A stretch of 64,000 bases of DNA from Bacteroidia bacterium (GCA_965279035.1 OZ257142.1:3424001-3488000), one strand, 5' to 3'; shown: positions 9,100-20,581, counted from the first letter of the stretch. Translations and numbers: made by a program. The notes: generated by a model not told the origin, from the sequence alone.

Positions 9100-11193
9100 T
9101 TATTTAGGATATTCTGTCCGCACATGATAAATATTCATAAGCATTTTCTTGAATAATTTTTTAATTGCGGTGATGTCTTTAAAAGTAATGTTGGCGTTGA
9201 TGTATTGATTGTCTTCGATTTGTTGACGAATAATGTCTTCGACTAATTTATCAATGGTTTCGCTGTTTATAATTTTGAGACTACGGGAAGTTGCTTCAAC
9301 TGCGTCTGCCATCATCACAACGGCGGTTTCGCGGGAGAATGGAATAGGGCCAGGATAGCGAAATGCAGCTTCATCTACTTCGGCATCGGGAAAATTTCGG
9401 AGGAAGGATTTATAGAAATATTGAACGCGTGAATTCCCATGATGCGTGCGAATAAAATCGATAATTTTTTCGGGTAATGAATGTTTTCGAGCGAGCTGAA
9501 TGCCGCGTTTAACGTGGGAAATAATGAGTCGGGCACTTTCGTCGAAATCGAGTTCATCGTGTGGATTTACACCTGTCACTTGATTTTCGATAAAATAACG
9601 CGCTAATTCCATTTTACCGATATCGTGGTAAAGTGCGCCAGTTCGGGTGAGTAGCGTGTTTCCACCAATACGAGAAATTCCAGCTTCCGCTAAATTTGCT
9701 ACTTGAAGCGAATGCTGAAATGTTCCGGGAGCCTGTAATGCCAATTGTTTGAGCAATGGATTGTTGGTATCGGAAAGTTCGAGCAGTGAAACATCACTCG
9801 TAAATCCAAATACTTTTTCGATGAAATAAATAATTGGATAGGAGAAAAGTGATAAGGCAGCACTAGCACATAACCAGGAAATCTCGCGGTATCGAATGGC
9901 ATGCGGTTGACCTTCGACCATGAGTGTAATGGCCATATAACACGCCAAATAAGCGATCGTTAACAGCGTGATTGTAATGAATAATTGCGAACGCTTACGC
10001 ATATTCACAATGCTGAAAATACAGGCAATACCACCCGTCATTTGAATGATAAAAAATTCGAATGGGTTGGGCACTAAAAATCCAATAATCATCATGGTAA
10101 GCAAATGGGCAAAAAGTGCCAAGCGCGTATCGAAAAATGATCGGATAATAATGGGCATGATGCAGAATGGAAAAATATACACACTCACTACATGCATGCG
10201 GGTTAGAAGGCTTACAAGTATTACCTCAACAACCACCAAACTAAATAGAAAACTCAATTTAATAGAGTCTTCAAATAAATCGCGTCGAAGCAAAATGAGA
10301 AACAAAAGGAGCATTGCCAAAAGCACTGTCACCATAGTTGTTTGACCTGCAATAACCCAAAACGGATCAATTTGCAAGGAACCTAATTGGGCTTCGTATT
10401 CTTGTCGTACAGATTCTAAAATCTGATATTTTTCTGGTGTAACGAGTTCTCCTTTAGAGATAACAAGTTCTCCTTTGCTCACCATTCCTCGGGTGAGGGA
10501 AATATTATTGATTGCTTTTTCGCGTGCCGATCGTGTTAATTGATCGCTGTAAAATACATTGGGAGTAATAAAACGTTCGAAGAATAATTTTAATTCAGGA
10601 TCTTTCCAATTGTCGCTACCATAGAGTTTTGTAGCGAATAATTTCATTGCGGCATCTTTGGTAAAATAATCAGAAACGCGTTTTTCTTCTGCAACATTTT
10701 CACGCATTTCAACAATTAAATTGGCTGATGCTTTTTCAGGACTATCAAGCATGTTTTGAAGCAAGCCACGGCTGTAAATTTCAGAAAGCCATTCCCGACC
10801 ATGTTCAATGATTTGCATCCGATCGTTACGAGCCGGAGCATATGCGCTGGCATCTACGCCCGTTACGCGACGAATAAATGTATCAAGTTCGACTGGAAGA
10901 TCGCGTTGCTTTTCATACAAAACAAGGTCATCGTGCACATAGTATTTTTTTCCAGCACGTTCGAGTAATGCTGTTTCATCGCGAATTTCGGCATCCGATT
11001 TATTGATGGCAAAATCGAAAGGAGCAATGAAATCGTTATGTAACCAGACTTTTCCTTTTACGAATTCATAACGAAATTTCCCTTCGCGAGGAAGTACATA
11101 CACCATGAGTGCAACACTGATGAAAAAGATCATCAGTTTAACAATCAGGTTGTGTTGATTAGAAAGATAGAATAGAATTTTCCGTGTTGCCAT
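9100..11193 (-). CDS. 7TM-HD phosphohydrolase (PgpH-like)
   Basis: Extracellular domain plus 7 TM; APGTFQHS, YHDIGK, THHG, MMADAVEA. Confidence 0.9.
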   Translation of the reverse strand: MATRKILFYLSNQHNLIVKLMIFFISVALMVYVLPREGKFRYEFVKGKVWLHNDFIAPFDFAINKSDAEIRDETALLERAGKKYYVHDDLVLYEKQRDLPVELDTFIRRVTGVDASAYAPARNDRMQIIEHGREWLSEIYSRGLLQNMLDSPEKASANLIVEMRENVAEEKRVSDYFTKDAAMKLFATKLYGSDNWKDPELKLFFERFITPNVFYSDQLTRSAREKAINNISLTRGMVSKGELVISKGELVTPEKYQILESVRQEYEAQLGSLQIDPFWVIAGQTTMVTVLLAMLLLFLILLRRDLFEDSIKLSFLFSLVVVEVILVSLLTRMHVVSVYIFPFCIMPIIIRSFFDTRLALFAHLLTMMIIGFLVPNPFEFFIIQMTGGIACIFSIVNMRKRSQLFITITLLTIAYLACYMAITLMVEGQPHAIRYREISWLCASAALSLFSYPIIYFIEKVFGFTSDVSLLELSDTNNPLLKQLALQAPGTFQHSLQVANLAEAGISRIGGNTLLTRTGALYHDIGKMELARYFIENQVTGVNPHDELDFDESARLIISHVKRGIQLARKHSLPEKIIDFIRTHHGNSRVQYFYKSFLRNFPDAEVDEAAFRYPGPIPFSRETAVVMMADAVEATSRSLKIINSETIDKLVEDIIRQQIEDNQYINANITFKDITAIKKLFKKMLMNIYHVRTEYPK

Positions 11194-11236
11194 CGACTGC
11201 CAAGATACGGCGAATCAGAAAATCACATCAAGAAAA

Positions 11237-12913
11237 TTAAGCGAGATGAAAAGCCATTTTACGAAACAGGTCATCTGGGTTGAAAGGCTTATGGATAAAG
11301 TCGTTCATGCCGCAGCGACTGTACATATCGCCCACTTCATTGGCTTCAGAAGCAGATAAAGCAATGATAGGAAGTTTGATAAATTGAGATCCAACCAAAC
11401 GTCGAATCGATCGAGTGGCTTCATAACCGTCCATTTCGGGCATTTGAAGATCCATTAAAACAAGATCCACTTCATGCTCTCGCACATGATCCAAGGCTTC
11501 GCGTCCATTATTGACTATTTTGAGATTAACGCCCCAACCTTCGAGGAATTTTCGTGCAACAAGCTGATTAATGGCATTGTCTTCGGCTAATAGAACACGT
11601 ACATTTCTTAATGAATCGGACGAAACTAAATTTGCATTTTGAGTCGATTCAGTTTGAAGAGCAAATTCGAAATCGAGTTCAAATTGAAATTCGGAGCCTT
11701 GACCTGGCATACTCGATAAATGAATTTTGCTTTGTTTCATTTCGAGTAAGCGTTTACTGATAGCAAGTCCGAGTCCTGTTCCTCCGTATTTGCGAGTTGT
11801 ATCGGGTGTTGCTTGTGTGAAACGTTCGAAGATAATTTCTTGTTTTTCAATGGGGATTCCAATCCCAGTGTCACGAATGATAAATTGAAGTTTACATGAT
11901 TTCTCTTGCAAGGACTTTTGAGTGACCGCAACTAAAACTTTTCCTTCGTTGGTAAATTTTATTGCGTTGTTGATGAGATTCATTAGCACTTGAGTGAGTC
12001 GATTGGGATCACCAATTATTTGAGTTGGAATCTTTTCATCGAGCTCAATAAATAATGCAATATTTTTTTCTTTAGCTAAATGTTGCATAGATGCGCGCAA
12101 ATTATAAATCAATTCAGGTAAATTAAATGATGTTTTTTCCCATACAATTTTACCTGCTTCAATACGCGAATAATCAAGTATATCGTTAATGATATGCAAT
12201 AAATTACCAGAAGAAAATTTCAACACATTTAAATGTTCCATTTGATCTTTTCGGGGCAATTCTTGAATTAATAAATCGGTCATCCCAACCACTGCATTCA
12301 ATGGTGTTCTAAGCTCATGGCTCATGTTGGATAAGAACTGAGTTTTTAATTCGGCTACTTCTTCGGCTTTCTTTAAAGCATCTTTTAAACGAATTTCAGA
12401 TTTTCGATAGGCATGAACCATAAAATAAACAACAGTAAACGTACATGCAGAAGCAATAATGAAATTAATCGTATATAAATGAAATTGGGTAATATCGAGA
12501 CCTTGAACTTGATTATAAAATCGAGGAGATGCTCCAGGAATATTGGTTAAAACAAGTGTCAATAATGAGATTCCAATGCCAATAGTTCGAAATGGAATTT
12601 CTTTACGTTCGAATAATATAAATCCGCATAATATTGTTGAAACGAGATAATAATATAAGCCTGTATTCCCACCAAAACCATCATCATACATATATACATT
12701 GAGGCTAGCAAATAACATGGTGCTTAGCGATGCCCAAGCCAATTTATTTTTGTGAATTAAATAAACTGTTATAATCAGAGGCAGTAAATTGAGAATACCG
12801 ATATAAAATAAAAGCATCTCATTTTTCATCCACCAAATGATAAAAAAAGGAATGAATGCAATAGCCGAAAAAAGGCAAATTTGTTTCAGGAACAATGATC
12901 GATTCTCAAGCAT
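11237..12913 (-). CDS. Hybrid sensor histidine kinase/response regulator
   Basis: MSHELRTPLN, NAIKFT, GGTGLGL, receiver LLAEDN..LMDLQMP. Confidence 0.95.
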   Translation of the reverse strand: MLENRSLFLKQICLFSAIAFIPFFIIWWMKNEMLLFYIGILNLLPLIITVYLIHKNKLAWASLSTMLFASLNVYMYDDGFGGNTGLYYYLVSTILCGFILFERKEIPFRTIGIGISLLTLVLTNIPGASPRFYNQVQGLDITQFHLYTINFIIASACTFTVVYFMVHAYRKSEIRLKDALKKAEEVAELKTQFLSNMSHELRTPLNAVVGMTDLLIQELPRKDQMEHLNVLKFSSGNLLHIINDILDYSRIEAGKIVWEKTSFNLPELIYNLRASMQHLAKEKNIALFIELDEKIPTQIIGDPNRLTQVLMNLINNAIKFTNEGKVLVAVTQKSLQEKSCKLQFIIRDTGIGIPIEKQEIIFERFTQATPDTTRKYGGTGLGLAISKRLLEMKQSKIHLSSMPGQGSEFQFELDFEFALQTESTQNANLVSSDSLRNVRVLLAEDNAINQLVARKFLEGWGVNLKIVNNGREALDHVREHEVDLVLMDLQMPEMDGYEATRSIRRLVGSQFIKLPIIALSASEANEVGDMYSRCGMNDFIHKPFNPDDLFRKMAFHLA

Positions 12914-13021
12914 AGTTTTGTTTCATGTGCGTTATTAGTACGCTTAAAACAAGTCCCCGTTCTTTGATTTAAACGGAGGATTACGTTATTACTTACACAA
13001 GTAACACATAACTTTATGAAT

Positions 13022-14143
13022 TCAATTCGAAGCCGAATACCATGATCGAATAGCTTGAACTTCATGTTCCCAACTTAGTTCTGACGAGGCTTTCAGACAA
13101 TTTCTTCGATAATGAATTAATTGATCATTATTTTCTTTCAAATCTTTAATAAGCTTAGCTAAATATACCGGATCGTGTTGAATGGCTATTTTTCCCACAT
13201 CATATCCTTCAATAATTTTTTTTAATTCAGGTAGATTACTCGATAATACTGGAATGCCAGCATGGATATAATCAAAAACTTTATTGGGTAAACTAAATCG
13301 GTAATTAATATTGGTGTCTTTATCGAGTGTTAATCCAAGATCACAACAATGAGTGTAACTCATTAATTCAGCATAAGGCATGCGATCCAGAAATAAAACA
13401 CGTTCAGATAAATGATGATTTAAAACATATTCTTTCAATTTAGGAATCACATCACCAGAGCCAGCAATTATTAATATGCAATCATCCAAAAATTCCATCA
13501 TTTGCACCGCTTCTTCACCACCTCGATCGACATTTATCCCATTGCCTTGAAGGATGATGAGAAATTTGTTTTCTGGAAGATTTAATTCTTTTCGTGTTGC
13601 TGATTTGATAGTAATACTTGAAGGAATATTTCGAATTACTTTTAGATTGACGCCATATTCTTTTTCATACAATTCGGCGATGGAGCGATTTACAGTAACG
13701 ATTCTTTTTAAACGAGGGAAGATAAATCGTTCGATGCTTTTCCAAATGGCTTGGATCCTTGGTCGAGCTTGAAGTTCGGGAACGCCTGTAAAGTATTCGT
13801 GTGTATCATAAACCAATTGCTTTTTACGAATTACCGAAACGAGATAAGCTGGCAAAAGAGTATCGAGATCATTTGCGTGAATGGCATCACAACGAGTAAA
13901 AAGTAAGCGAAAAAACAATCGAACGGTGAGTTCCGCATAAAAAAATGGTCCGGTTTCGAAGAATAAATTCATGCGAATTGCTCGGAATGACCAAGCTGGA
14001 AGTGGCAAACTTTGAGACCTTTTTCTGCCTATTAACACAGGTTCATAACCCCATTCAACAAGGGAAGAACATACCTTTTGAACTCGTTGATCAGTAACGA
14101 GATCATTGCTTAAGGTAACTAAAACCCGAAGTTTGCGTGCCAT
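13022..14143 (-). CDS. GT4-family glycosyltransferase
   Basis: DQRV, HANDLDTL, YDTHE, SLPNKVFDY motifs. Confidence 0.9.
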   Translation of the reverse strand: MARKLRVLVTLSNDLVTDQRVQKVCSSLVEWGYEPVLIGRKRSQSLPLPAWSFRAIRMNLFFETGPFFYAELTVRLFFRLLFTRCDAIHANDLDTLLPAYLVSVIRKKQLVYDTHEYFTGVPELQARPRIQAIWKSIERFIFPRLKRIVTVNRSIAELYEKEYGVNLKVIRNIPSSITIKSATRKELNLPENKFLIILQGNGINVDRGGEEAVQMMEFLDDCILIIAGSGDVIPKLKEYVLNHHLSERVLFLDRMPYAELMSYTHCCDLGLTLDKDTNINYRFSLPNKVFDYIHAGIPVLSSNLPELKKIIEGYDVGKIAIQHDPVYLAKLIKDLKENNDQLIHYRRNCLKASSELSWEHEVQAIRSWYSASN

Positions 14144-14178
14144 GGGGCGAAGTTAACTAAGGCATCGGTGCATGCAAG

Positions 14179-14778
14179 ATGGAATTTGTACCTTTCGCTT
14201 TTAATTTTTGGGTAATGGAAGATATGAAAGCAGAGTTACGTTCAGGTATAGCAATAGGAGTTTGTAGTTTTCTCTGGCTTCTACTTGAATTTTTTCTTGG
14301 ATTTCATTCTGTTCGTATCGATTATCAACCCTTCTTCAATTTAATCTCTTTTACGATTCCAATTATAGGAATTTACTGGGCCATGAAGGCGAAAAGAGAT
14401 CGCTATTATGCAGGGAAAATTAGTTTTATTCAAGCTTTGAAAACGGGCTTATTCATTACACTGGTCATGAGTGTAATTAGTCCAATCTTGATGTTTTTAT
14501 ATCTCACCGTCGTGAATCCGAATTATCAAGCAACCATGTTAGGACATGAACGTTTGTTTATTGATGGATTAAATCTATCTCCGGAAGATAAAAATTCAAT
14601 GTTAACGAACGCTATTCAAAATTATTCGTTACTCGCACTCTTGTTAAAATCGTTTTTGATATCCGCTATTTCAGGTGGAATTTTGAGTTTCTTAACAGCT
14701 GCATTGATGAAAAGGAACAATCATGCAAAAGAAAAGTCGTCGGATCATTCAGTTAGTGATTACACAAAATCGACTTAA
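14179..14778 (+). CDS. DUF4199-like membrane protein
   Basis: 4 TM segments, ISFxQALKTG. Confidence 0.7.
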   Translation: MEFVPFAFNFWVMEDMKAELRSGIAIGVCSFLWLLLEFFLGFHSVRIDYQPFFNLISFTIPIIGIYWAMKAKRDRYYAGKISFIQALKTGLFITLVMSVISPILMFLYLTVVNPNYQATMLGHERLFIDGLNLSPEDKNSMLTNAIQNYSLLALLLKSFLISAISGGILSFLTAALMKRNNHAKEKSSDHSVSDYTKST

Positions 14779-14843
14779 TTTATTTATTGAAATTTATTTT
14801 TTCAACCAGGATTACTCAGCTAGTTTTGATTTAGTTTCGAACT

Positions 14844-15863
14844 ATGTTTAAAGAAGAAAAAGTATCTATCAAAGCATACAATACATTCGGAATTGATGTG
14901 AGTTCAGATTGTTTTTCGATTGCTAAATCAGAAAACGATATTCATGAAGCATTAGCATTTCAGAATAAAAACAATCTTGCTTTATTGATCTTAGGCGGTG
15001 GTTCGAATATACTTTTTACTCGCAATGTTGAAGGACTTATTCTTCAAAATTCGTTAAAAGGAATTCGTTCAGAAATTCTCAATGATGATTCGATAATTGT
15101 AGAATCTGCAGCTGGTGAAAATTGGCACTCATTCGTTCAACATTGCATTGATCATAATTGGGGTGGATTAGAAAATCTATCATTAATTCCCGGAAATGTT
15201 GGTGCTTCACCCATGCAAAATATTGGCGCATATGGAGTGGAAATTAAAGATTCCTTTTATTCCCTTCGGGCGATGAAAATAGCTGATGGTAGCATACACG
15301 AATTTGATACTGCATCATGTAATTTTGGCTATCGGGAAAGTAGTTTCAAACGAGCATTGAAAGGACAATTCATCATCCTTTCGGTTCAATATAAATTGAG
15401 TAGAAGAAATCATGTGTTGAATACATCCTATGGAGCTATTTCACAAGAGATTGAAAAAATGTCGATTCAAAATCCGAGCATTCGAGATGTGAGTAATGCC
15501 GTAATAGCTATTCGTCGTTCTAAGCTTCCCAATCCTGCAGAAATTGGCAATGCAGGTAGCTTCTTCAAAAATCCAGTCGTTGAGAATTCACTACTTGAAA
15601 GCATTCGTTCAAATTATCCGAATGTTGTTGCTTATCCTGCCGGAGATAATCAATCTAAACTTGCAGCTGGCTGGCTCATTGAAACAGCTGGCTGGAAAGG
15701 ATATCGCCGCGCAGATGCAGGCGTCCACGCCTTTCAAGCACTCGTGCTCGTAAACTACGGCTCCGCTACTGGCGCACAAATCTGGCAACTATCTCAAGAT
15801 ATTGTCGACGATGTTCAATCTAAATTCGGTGTTGAACTCGAACGTGAGGTGAATGTGTATTGA
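14844..15863 (+). CDS. murB: UDP-N-acetylenolpyruvoylglucosamine reductase
   Basis: GGGSNILF, PMQNIGAYG, FGYRES, GNAGSFFKNP, LEREV. Confidence 0.97.
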   Translation: MFKEEKVSIKAYNTFGIDVSSDCFSIAKSENDIHEALAFQNKNNLALLILGGGSNILFTRNVEGLILQNSLKGIRSEILNDDSIIVESAAGENWHSFVQHCIDHNWGGLENLSLIPGNVGASPMQNIGAYGVEIKDSFYSLRAMKIADGSIHEFDTASCNFGYRESSFKRALKGQFIILSVQYKLSRRNHVLNTSYGAISQEIEKMSIQNPSIRDVSNAVIAIRRSKLPNPAEIGNAGSFFKNPVVENSLLESIRSNYPNVVAYPAGDNQSKLAAGWLIETAGWKGYRRADAGVHAFQALVLVNYGSATGAQIWQLSQDIVDDVQSKFGVELEREVNVY

Positions 15864-15998
15864 TGTGCTGGTGTGATGATGTGCTGGTGTGCTAGTGTTT
15901 TAATGTGCTGGTGTATTGGTTTGATTGGATCAGCACATCAACCAATCAGCACATCAACCAATCAGCACTTCAGCACATCAACTAATCAGCACACCATC
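15861..15998. repeat. Imperfect inverted array of short GTGCTG/CAGCAC units between convergent genes
   Basis: TGATGTGCTGGTGTG units followed by CAGCACATCAACCAAT units; related units at ~278-310 and ~23087-23131. Confidence 0.6.
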
Positions 15999-18102
15999 AA
16001 TGTTCCTCCCAAAAAATCTTCTTCATCCCCGTATGGTATAAAACCATTTTGCTTCCGGAAGTAAATTGAAAAACTTCCTTGTCACTTGTCCTTCGGATAT
16101 CATCCCAAATCACTTCTGATTGCAGATTCAATTGTGAATCAATTAAGACTTTCTTCCCATTTTTCACACCCACATACCATCCTGCATCTTCTTGCAATTC
16201 ATCCCATTCGAATGGCAATAACACTGCTCCATCAGTTGATATAAGTCCGAATTTTCCTTTCTTCTTCACGCGGGCACGGCTATCTATAAACGGATAAGCT
16301 TCATCAAACTGTGCTTCAACGGCAATTTTTCCTTGAGAAGTTAAATATCCCCAGCGATTCTTCTTTTTGTATGGAGCTCTTCCCCAAATAAAATATCCGC
16401 TTTCCTCCCACTCCATGGGGATTACCAATTTTCCTTTCCGGTTGATGTAGCCTTTTTTTCCTTTTTTCTCCACCCGAGCCAATCCTTCGCTAAAGCCATC
16501 TACACCTAAAACTGGAGAGGAACAGGTTGGTTGAAACGGAATGACTTCTTTCCCGTTAATATCATAAAATGCACATTTCCCATCGCGACTAACACGGGCT
16601 AATCCTTCTTGAAACTTACCAATACGATCATTTTTGAGGGAGATAATTTCTTTCCCCATTTGATCGATTAATCCAACACGATCGTTTTTCATCACACGAA
16701 CGCGACCATTTTCAAACAAGATCACATCCTCATACAAAAAAGGAATTACCAACATCCCTGTTGTATCGACAAATCCTGTTAATCCATCTTTGGTTACTGC
16801 TGCCAAACCTTCAGAAAATGGATCCATGTTCTCATAAACCGGTTCCTGAATTATTTTTCCTTTCGGATCAGCAAACCCATAAAACTCTCCCTTGCTAATG
16901 ATATAATACCCATTGTCAGGACCATCCACAATTTCATATTCCATTGGTAGAATAACTTTTCCCCGTTGATCAATTATCCCATATAAACCATTCTTCTCCA
17001 CAACAGCTAATTGATTGTGGAATGGTTCTCCATCGTTATAAATTGGCTGTACCACACGAATACCAGCTTTGTTGATATATCCAACTTTTCCATCGAATCG
17101 CACCATAGCAAGATTTTCAGAAAACGACCAAACCTCTTCATACTGATAGCTTAAAACAACCTTTCCAGTTGAATCGACAAATCCCCACAATTCTCCTTGA
17201 ACCGCAGGATAGAGATGAATTCCTGCTAATTTGAAATCGCGATTTAGACGATCTGGATAAGGATATTCGGGGAAGGCTTTTTTGAATGCTTCGAAACTTT
17301 CTACCCGCTGATCGGAAGTAAAATCAGCATAGATTAAATCCCAAGCTTCATCAGCATTTCGATTTTTAGGGAAAGCTTTAACAAATTCGTATAAAGTTTC
17401 TCGAGTACGTTGCGGTGCCATCAAAGCATACAACGCATCTTCCGCTTCTCCTTTGTGCGCTGATGCTGGATATTTAGTGATAAACGCCGCAAACTGTTCA
17501 CGCGATTGCTCCTTGGTTTCTTCTAAGAACAGCACATCATCGAGCCTTCGTAAAGCTTGTTCCTTTTGAATTGCTTCTGGATAATTACTAAGAAATGCTT
17601 TCAAATCACCCGATTTTCCCAAACTATCTGCTAGGAAATATGCACGTGCCATTTCTAATTTATAAGCCTCATCTAAGTGATTGGATTGTTTGAAAAATGA
17701 GCGAAAATAGGAGTAGCTTGATGGTGTATTTTGTTGTTTAGCTCGAAAAAAAGCTGCTTCCAAAACTCGGTTTTTCAATCCCGAAATAGCAGTATCGGAA
17801 ATACCATATTCTAAGAGATCAATTTTTTTCGAAGGAGTTAAAATCTTCCAAGCTGAATCAGCTTTGAGCATATTCACATAAGCCGAATCGAGTGAATGAA
17901 AATGATTCAGTTTATCGTATCGCACTTGAGCTAATCCGAAATATGCAGGAACTGGATTCTTTTTCAGTTTAGCTGTAAATACCTTTTTCGCTAAAAAAAA
18001 ATCATACTGCTTTAATGCCGCAAAGCCCTTTTCTAATGACTGTGAATAAGCTGACAGACTAAGAAAAAGCGATAAAAAAAGGATGACAACGCGAAAAAGC
18101 AT
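15997..18102 (-). CDS. WG-repeat (KWG) containing secreted protein
   Basis: Repeated FSEGLAxV..GKxGYI/WGFVD units; signal peptide from MLFRVV. Confidence 0.9.
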   Translation of the reverse strand: MLFRVVILFLSLFLSLSAYSQSLEKGFAALKQYDFFLAKKVFTAKLKKNPVPAYFGLAQVRYDKLNHFHSLDSAYVNMLKADSAWKILTPSKKIDLLEYGISDTAISGLKNRVLEAAFFRAKQQNTPSSYSYFRSFFKQSNHLDEAYKLEMARAYFLADSLGKSGDLKAFLSNYPEAIQKEQALRRLDDVLFLEETKEQSREQFAAFITKYPASAHKGEAEDALYALMAPQRTRETLYEFVKAFPKNRNADEAWDLIYADFTSDQRVESFEAFKKAFPEYPYPDRLNRDFKLAGIHLYPAVQGELWGFVDSTGKVVLSYQYEEVWSFSENLAMVRFDGKVGYINKAGIRVVQPIYNDGEPFHNQLAVVEKNGLYGIIDQRGKVILPMEYEIVDGPDNGYYIISKGEFYGFADPKGKIIQEPVYENMDPFSEGLAAVTKDGLTGFVDTTGMLVIPFLYEDVILFENGRVRVMKNDRVGLIDQMGKEIISLKNDRIGKFQEGLARVSRDGKCAFYDINGKEVIPFQPTCSSPVLGVDGFSEGLARVEKKGKKGYINRKGKLVIPMEWEESGYFIWGRAPYKKKNRWGYLTSQGKIAVEAQFDEAYPFIDSRARVKKKGKFGLISTDGAVLLPFEWDELQEDAGWYVGVKNGKKVLIDSQLNLQSEVIWDDIRRTSDKEVFQFTSGSKMVLYHTGMKKIFWEEH

Positions 18103-18208
18103 GCTGCAAATATAGGGCATGGGTAATTGCTCTTGGAAATTGAATGGTTACAATTAATACAAAAGCAAATTGAACTAGTCGCAACGCAGCTATTTTTTGA
18201 TAATATGT

Positions 18209-19579
18209 CACACCCGTCCAAGACGTTTTAAAATAGGGTAAAAAAATAGAGTTGGTCCGGATTAAATCCGGTATGTTTGAGTTACGACACAAAAACATAA
18301 ACCAACTCCGGCATGAAGATCACATTATTTGCTCAGATATTCCAAAAAATTAAGCGAGATTCTTTCAATAAACTAGTAGAAAAGTTTGAGTCCAATAAAC
18401 ATTGTAAAGGCAATGATGCTTGGTCTCACTTTGTGACAATGGTTTTTTGCCAGTTTTCCAAGTCTAATAGCTTAAATGACGTTTGCAATGGAATGCGATC
18501 AGCAACAGGCGATTTAAATCATCTGGGAGTGTCAAAAGCCATGAGGCGATCATCGTTGGCATATAATAACCAACATCGCAACTGGGAGCTGTTTCAAGCG
18601 ATGTATTTTAACTTGTATGAGCAGTTTGAATCAACCTTAAAAACAAGCCGAAAGCTGCTTCCCAAACGTAAAATCTATCTGCTCGATTCAACCACGATTG
18701 ACCTTTGTCTTAAAGTGTTCGACTGGGCACTATTTCGAAAGAAGAAGGGAGCTATAAAACTTCACACAGTCCTTGACTTTGACGGCTGTATGCCCGTTTT
18801 TGCTGATTTGAGTGATGGCAAAAAGCACGATGTAAATGCAGCACATGATATTGAATTTCCCACAGGAAGCATTGTTGTAGCTGATAGAGGATATGTCGAT
18901 TTTAACTGGATGAGAAAATTAGATGAACAAGGAGTATTCTTTGTTATTCGAGGAAAAGAAAACATTCAGTTTGAACTTTATGAGCGAACTAAGAGCCCAA
19001 CCGATGAAGCAAATCCAGACTTGCAATACGACTGGAAAGGCTTTTTGAGTTTACCTCAATCAAAAGAAAAATACCCGCAAAAGCTCCGAATGGTTCAGAT
19101 CTGGGATGAAGAACAACAGATATATCTTGAACTTCTTACAAACAATTTTTCTTGGACAGCATCGACCATTTCAGAACTATATAAACGTAGATGGAGCATC
19201 GAATCGTTCTTCAAGGAGATCAAAACACACCTGAAAATCAAGTCTTTCATAGGAACCAGCATGAATGCTGTTCTGATACAGATTTGGACAGCACTAATCA
19301 CCATACTGCTTTTAAAGACACTTCAAAAGGAAGCAAAACACTCTTGGCACCTCTCAAATTTGGTGTCCTTTATTCGATTAAATCTCTTTGTGAAAATTGA
19401 CCTCAAAAAATGGCTTGATAAACCCTTTTTAGATGATGACGAAATTGATAAACTGGAATTACAAATGTCCCTTTTTTAAATTATAGAGGGTTTAATTTTC
19501 AAAAGAGCGTTCTTTGATGAGTAATCTCGCATCAAATCAGGATTGTATTTTCGTTATACAAACGTCTTGGACGGGTGTG
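18209..19579 (+). mobile_element. Complete IS4-family insertion sequence (1371 bp)
   Basis: Perfect 20-bp terminal IRs CACACCCGTCCAAGACGTTT; 9-bp target duplication ATAATATGT at 18200-18208 and 19580-19588. Confidence 0.95.
18313..19479 (+). CDS. IS4-family DDE transposase
   Basis: LDSTTI, ADRGY, YKRRWSIESFFK (YREK signature). Confidence 0.95.
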   Translation: MKITLFAQIFQKIKRDSFNKLVEKFESNKHCKGNDAWSHFVTMVFCQFSKSNSLNDVCNGMRSATGDLNHLGVSKAMRRSSLAYNNQHRNWELFQAMYFNLYEQFESTLKTSRKLLPKRKIYLLDSTTIDLCLKVFDWALFRKKKGAIKLHTVLDFDGCMPVFADLSDGKKHDVNAAHDIEFPTGSIVVADRGYVDFNWMRKLDEQGVFFVIRGKENIQFELYERTKSPTDEANPDLQYDWKGFLSLPQSKEKYPQKLRMVQIWDEEQQIYLELLTNNFSWTASTISELYKRRWSIESFFKEIKTHLKIKSFIGTSMNAVLIQIWTALITILLLKTLQKEAKHSWHLSNLVSFIRLNLFVKIDLKKWLDKPFLDDDEIDKLELQMSLF

Positions 19580-19667
19580 ATAATATGTAACAATTAGAAC
19601 TATTAGCTTCGAATAATTAAAAATAATTTCTAAGTTTACTCATACTCAAAATTATAAACTCCATTTT

Positions 19668-20174
19668 ATGAAAATACGTCTGTTTGTTCTGTTAACATTA
19701 GCACTCACATCATTCAAAGTGAATGCACAACAACTCTATTTTTATTTGAATGATGGATCCATGCAAATGTATGCTATCGATGAAGTTCGTCGAATGGACT
19801 TTGATTCGACAAACATCAACATACGTTTGACCGATGAAAGTGTTGTTTCGATTGAGTTGGATGCTTTATTAAAATATCAATATTACCCTGGAAATATTAC
19901 TCAGGTTGAAGCAATTTCAGATCGCCCTTCATTAAATTTCTATCCTAATCCAGCAGATCAACAATTGAATGTTCGTTATGCATTACCCAATATTGCCTCA
20001 AATGTGCAAGTTCGCATTCATAATCTCAAAGGTGAAAAACTATTGGAACAAACAGTAAAATCAAGCCCTTCAGGTGAATTAGCTCTTGATTTAACCAAGT
20101 TCGCAGCCGGACAATACTTTTGCACACTTACTTCAGGTGAATTAGTGATTTCGAAAGCGTTTATGAAAAATTAA
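19668..20174 (+). CDS. Small secreted T9SS type A CTD protein
   Basis: Signal peptide; FYPNPA...GQYF...KAFMKN. Confidence 0.8.
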   Translation: MKIRLFVLLTLALTSFKVNAQQLYFYLNDGSMQMYAIDEVRRMDFDSTNINIRLTDESVVSIELDALLKYQYYPGNITQVEAISDRPSLNFYPNPADQQLNVRYALPNIASNVQVRIHNLKGEKLLEQTVKSSPSGELALDLTKFAAGQYFCTLTSGELVISKAFMKN

Positions 20175-20230
20175 TAGTAGAAAGTACAAAGTAGAAAGTG
20201 TAAAGTTGTTCACGGATAATATGAATTCTT

Positions 20231-20581
20231 ATGCGCATAGAAAGATTTGAGGATGCAATTGCATGGCAAAAGTCGAAAGTTTTGTGTGTAGAGGTTTATA
20301 AGCAATTTGAAAACAGCAAAGACTTTGGCTTCAAAGATCAAATTCAACGAGCTGCAGTATCTGTGATGAATAATATCGCTGAAGGTTTTGAGCGAAAAGG
20401 AAACAAGGAATTCGCTTATTTTCTATATGTCGCTAAAGGCTCCTGCGGAGAAGTTCGTTCAATGCTAATTCTGGCTAAAGAACTCAACAAAATTTCTGAA
20501 AACATTCAAAAATCACTTTCTGCTTTAGCCGAGGAAGTCTCCAAAATAATCTCCGGCCTAATCAAATCCATTACCACCTGA
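20231..20581 (+). CDS. Four-helix-bundle protein (23S rRNA IVP-like family)
   Basis: FEDAIAWQKS, DQIQRAAVSVMNNIAEGFER, AKGSCGEVRS. Confidence 0.9.
   Translation: MRIERFEDAIAWQKSKVLCVEVYKQFENSKDFGFKDQIQRAAVSVMNNIAEGFERKGNKEFAYFLYVAKGSCGEVRSMLILAKELNKISENIQKSLSALAEEVSKIISGLIKSITT

Noticed and set aside
15861-15998. Relationship of GTGCTG repeats to the attC-like stem GGTGTGTGCTG
   Set aside because: Similarity is short and low-complexity, and there are no TAAC/GTTA boxes.
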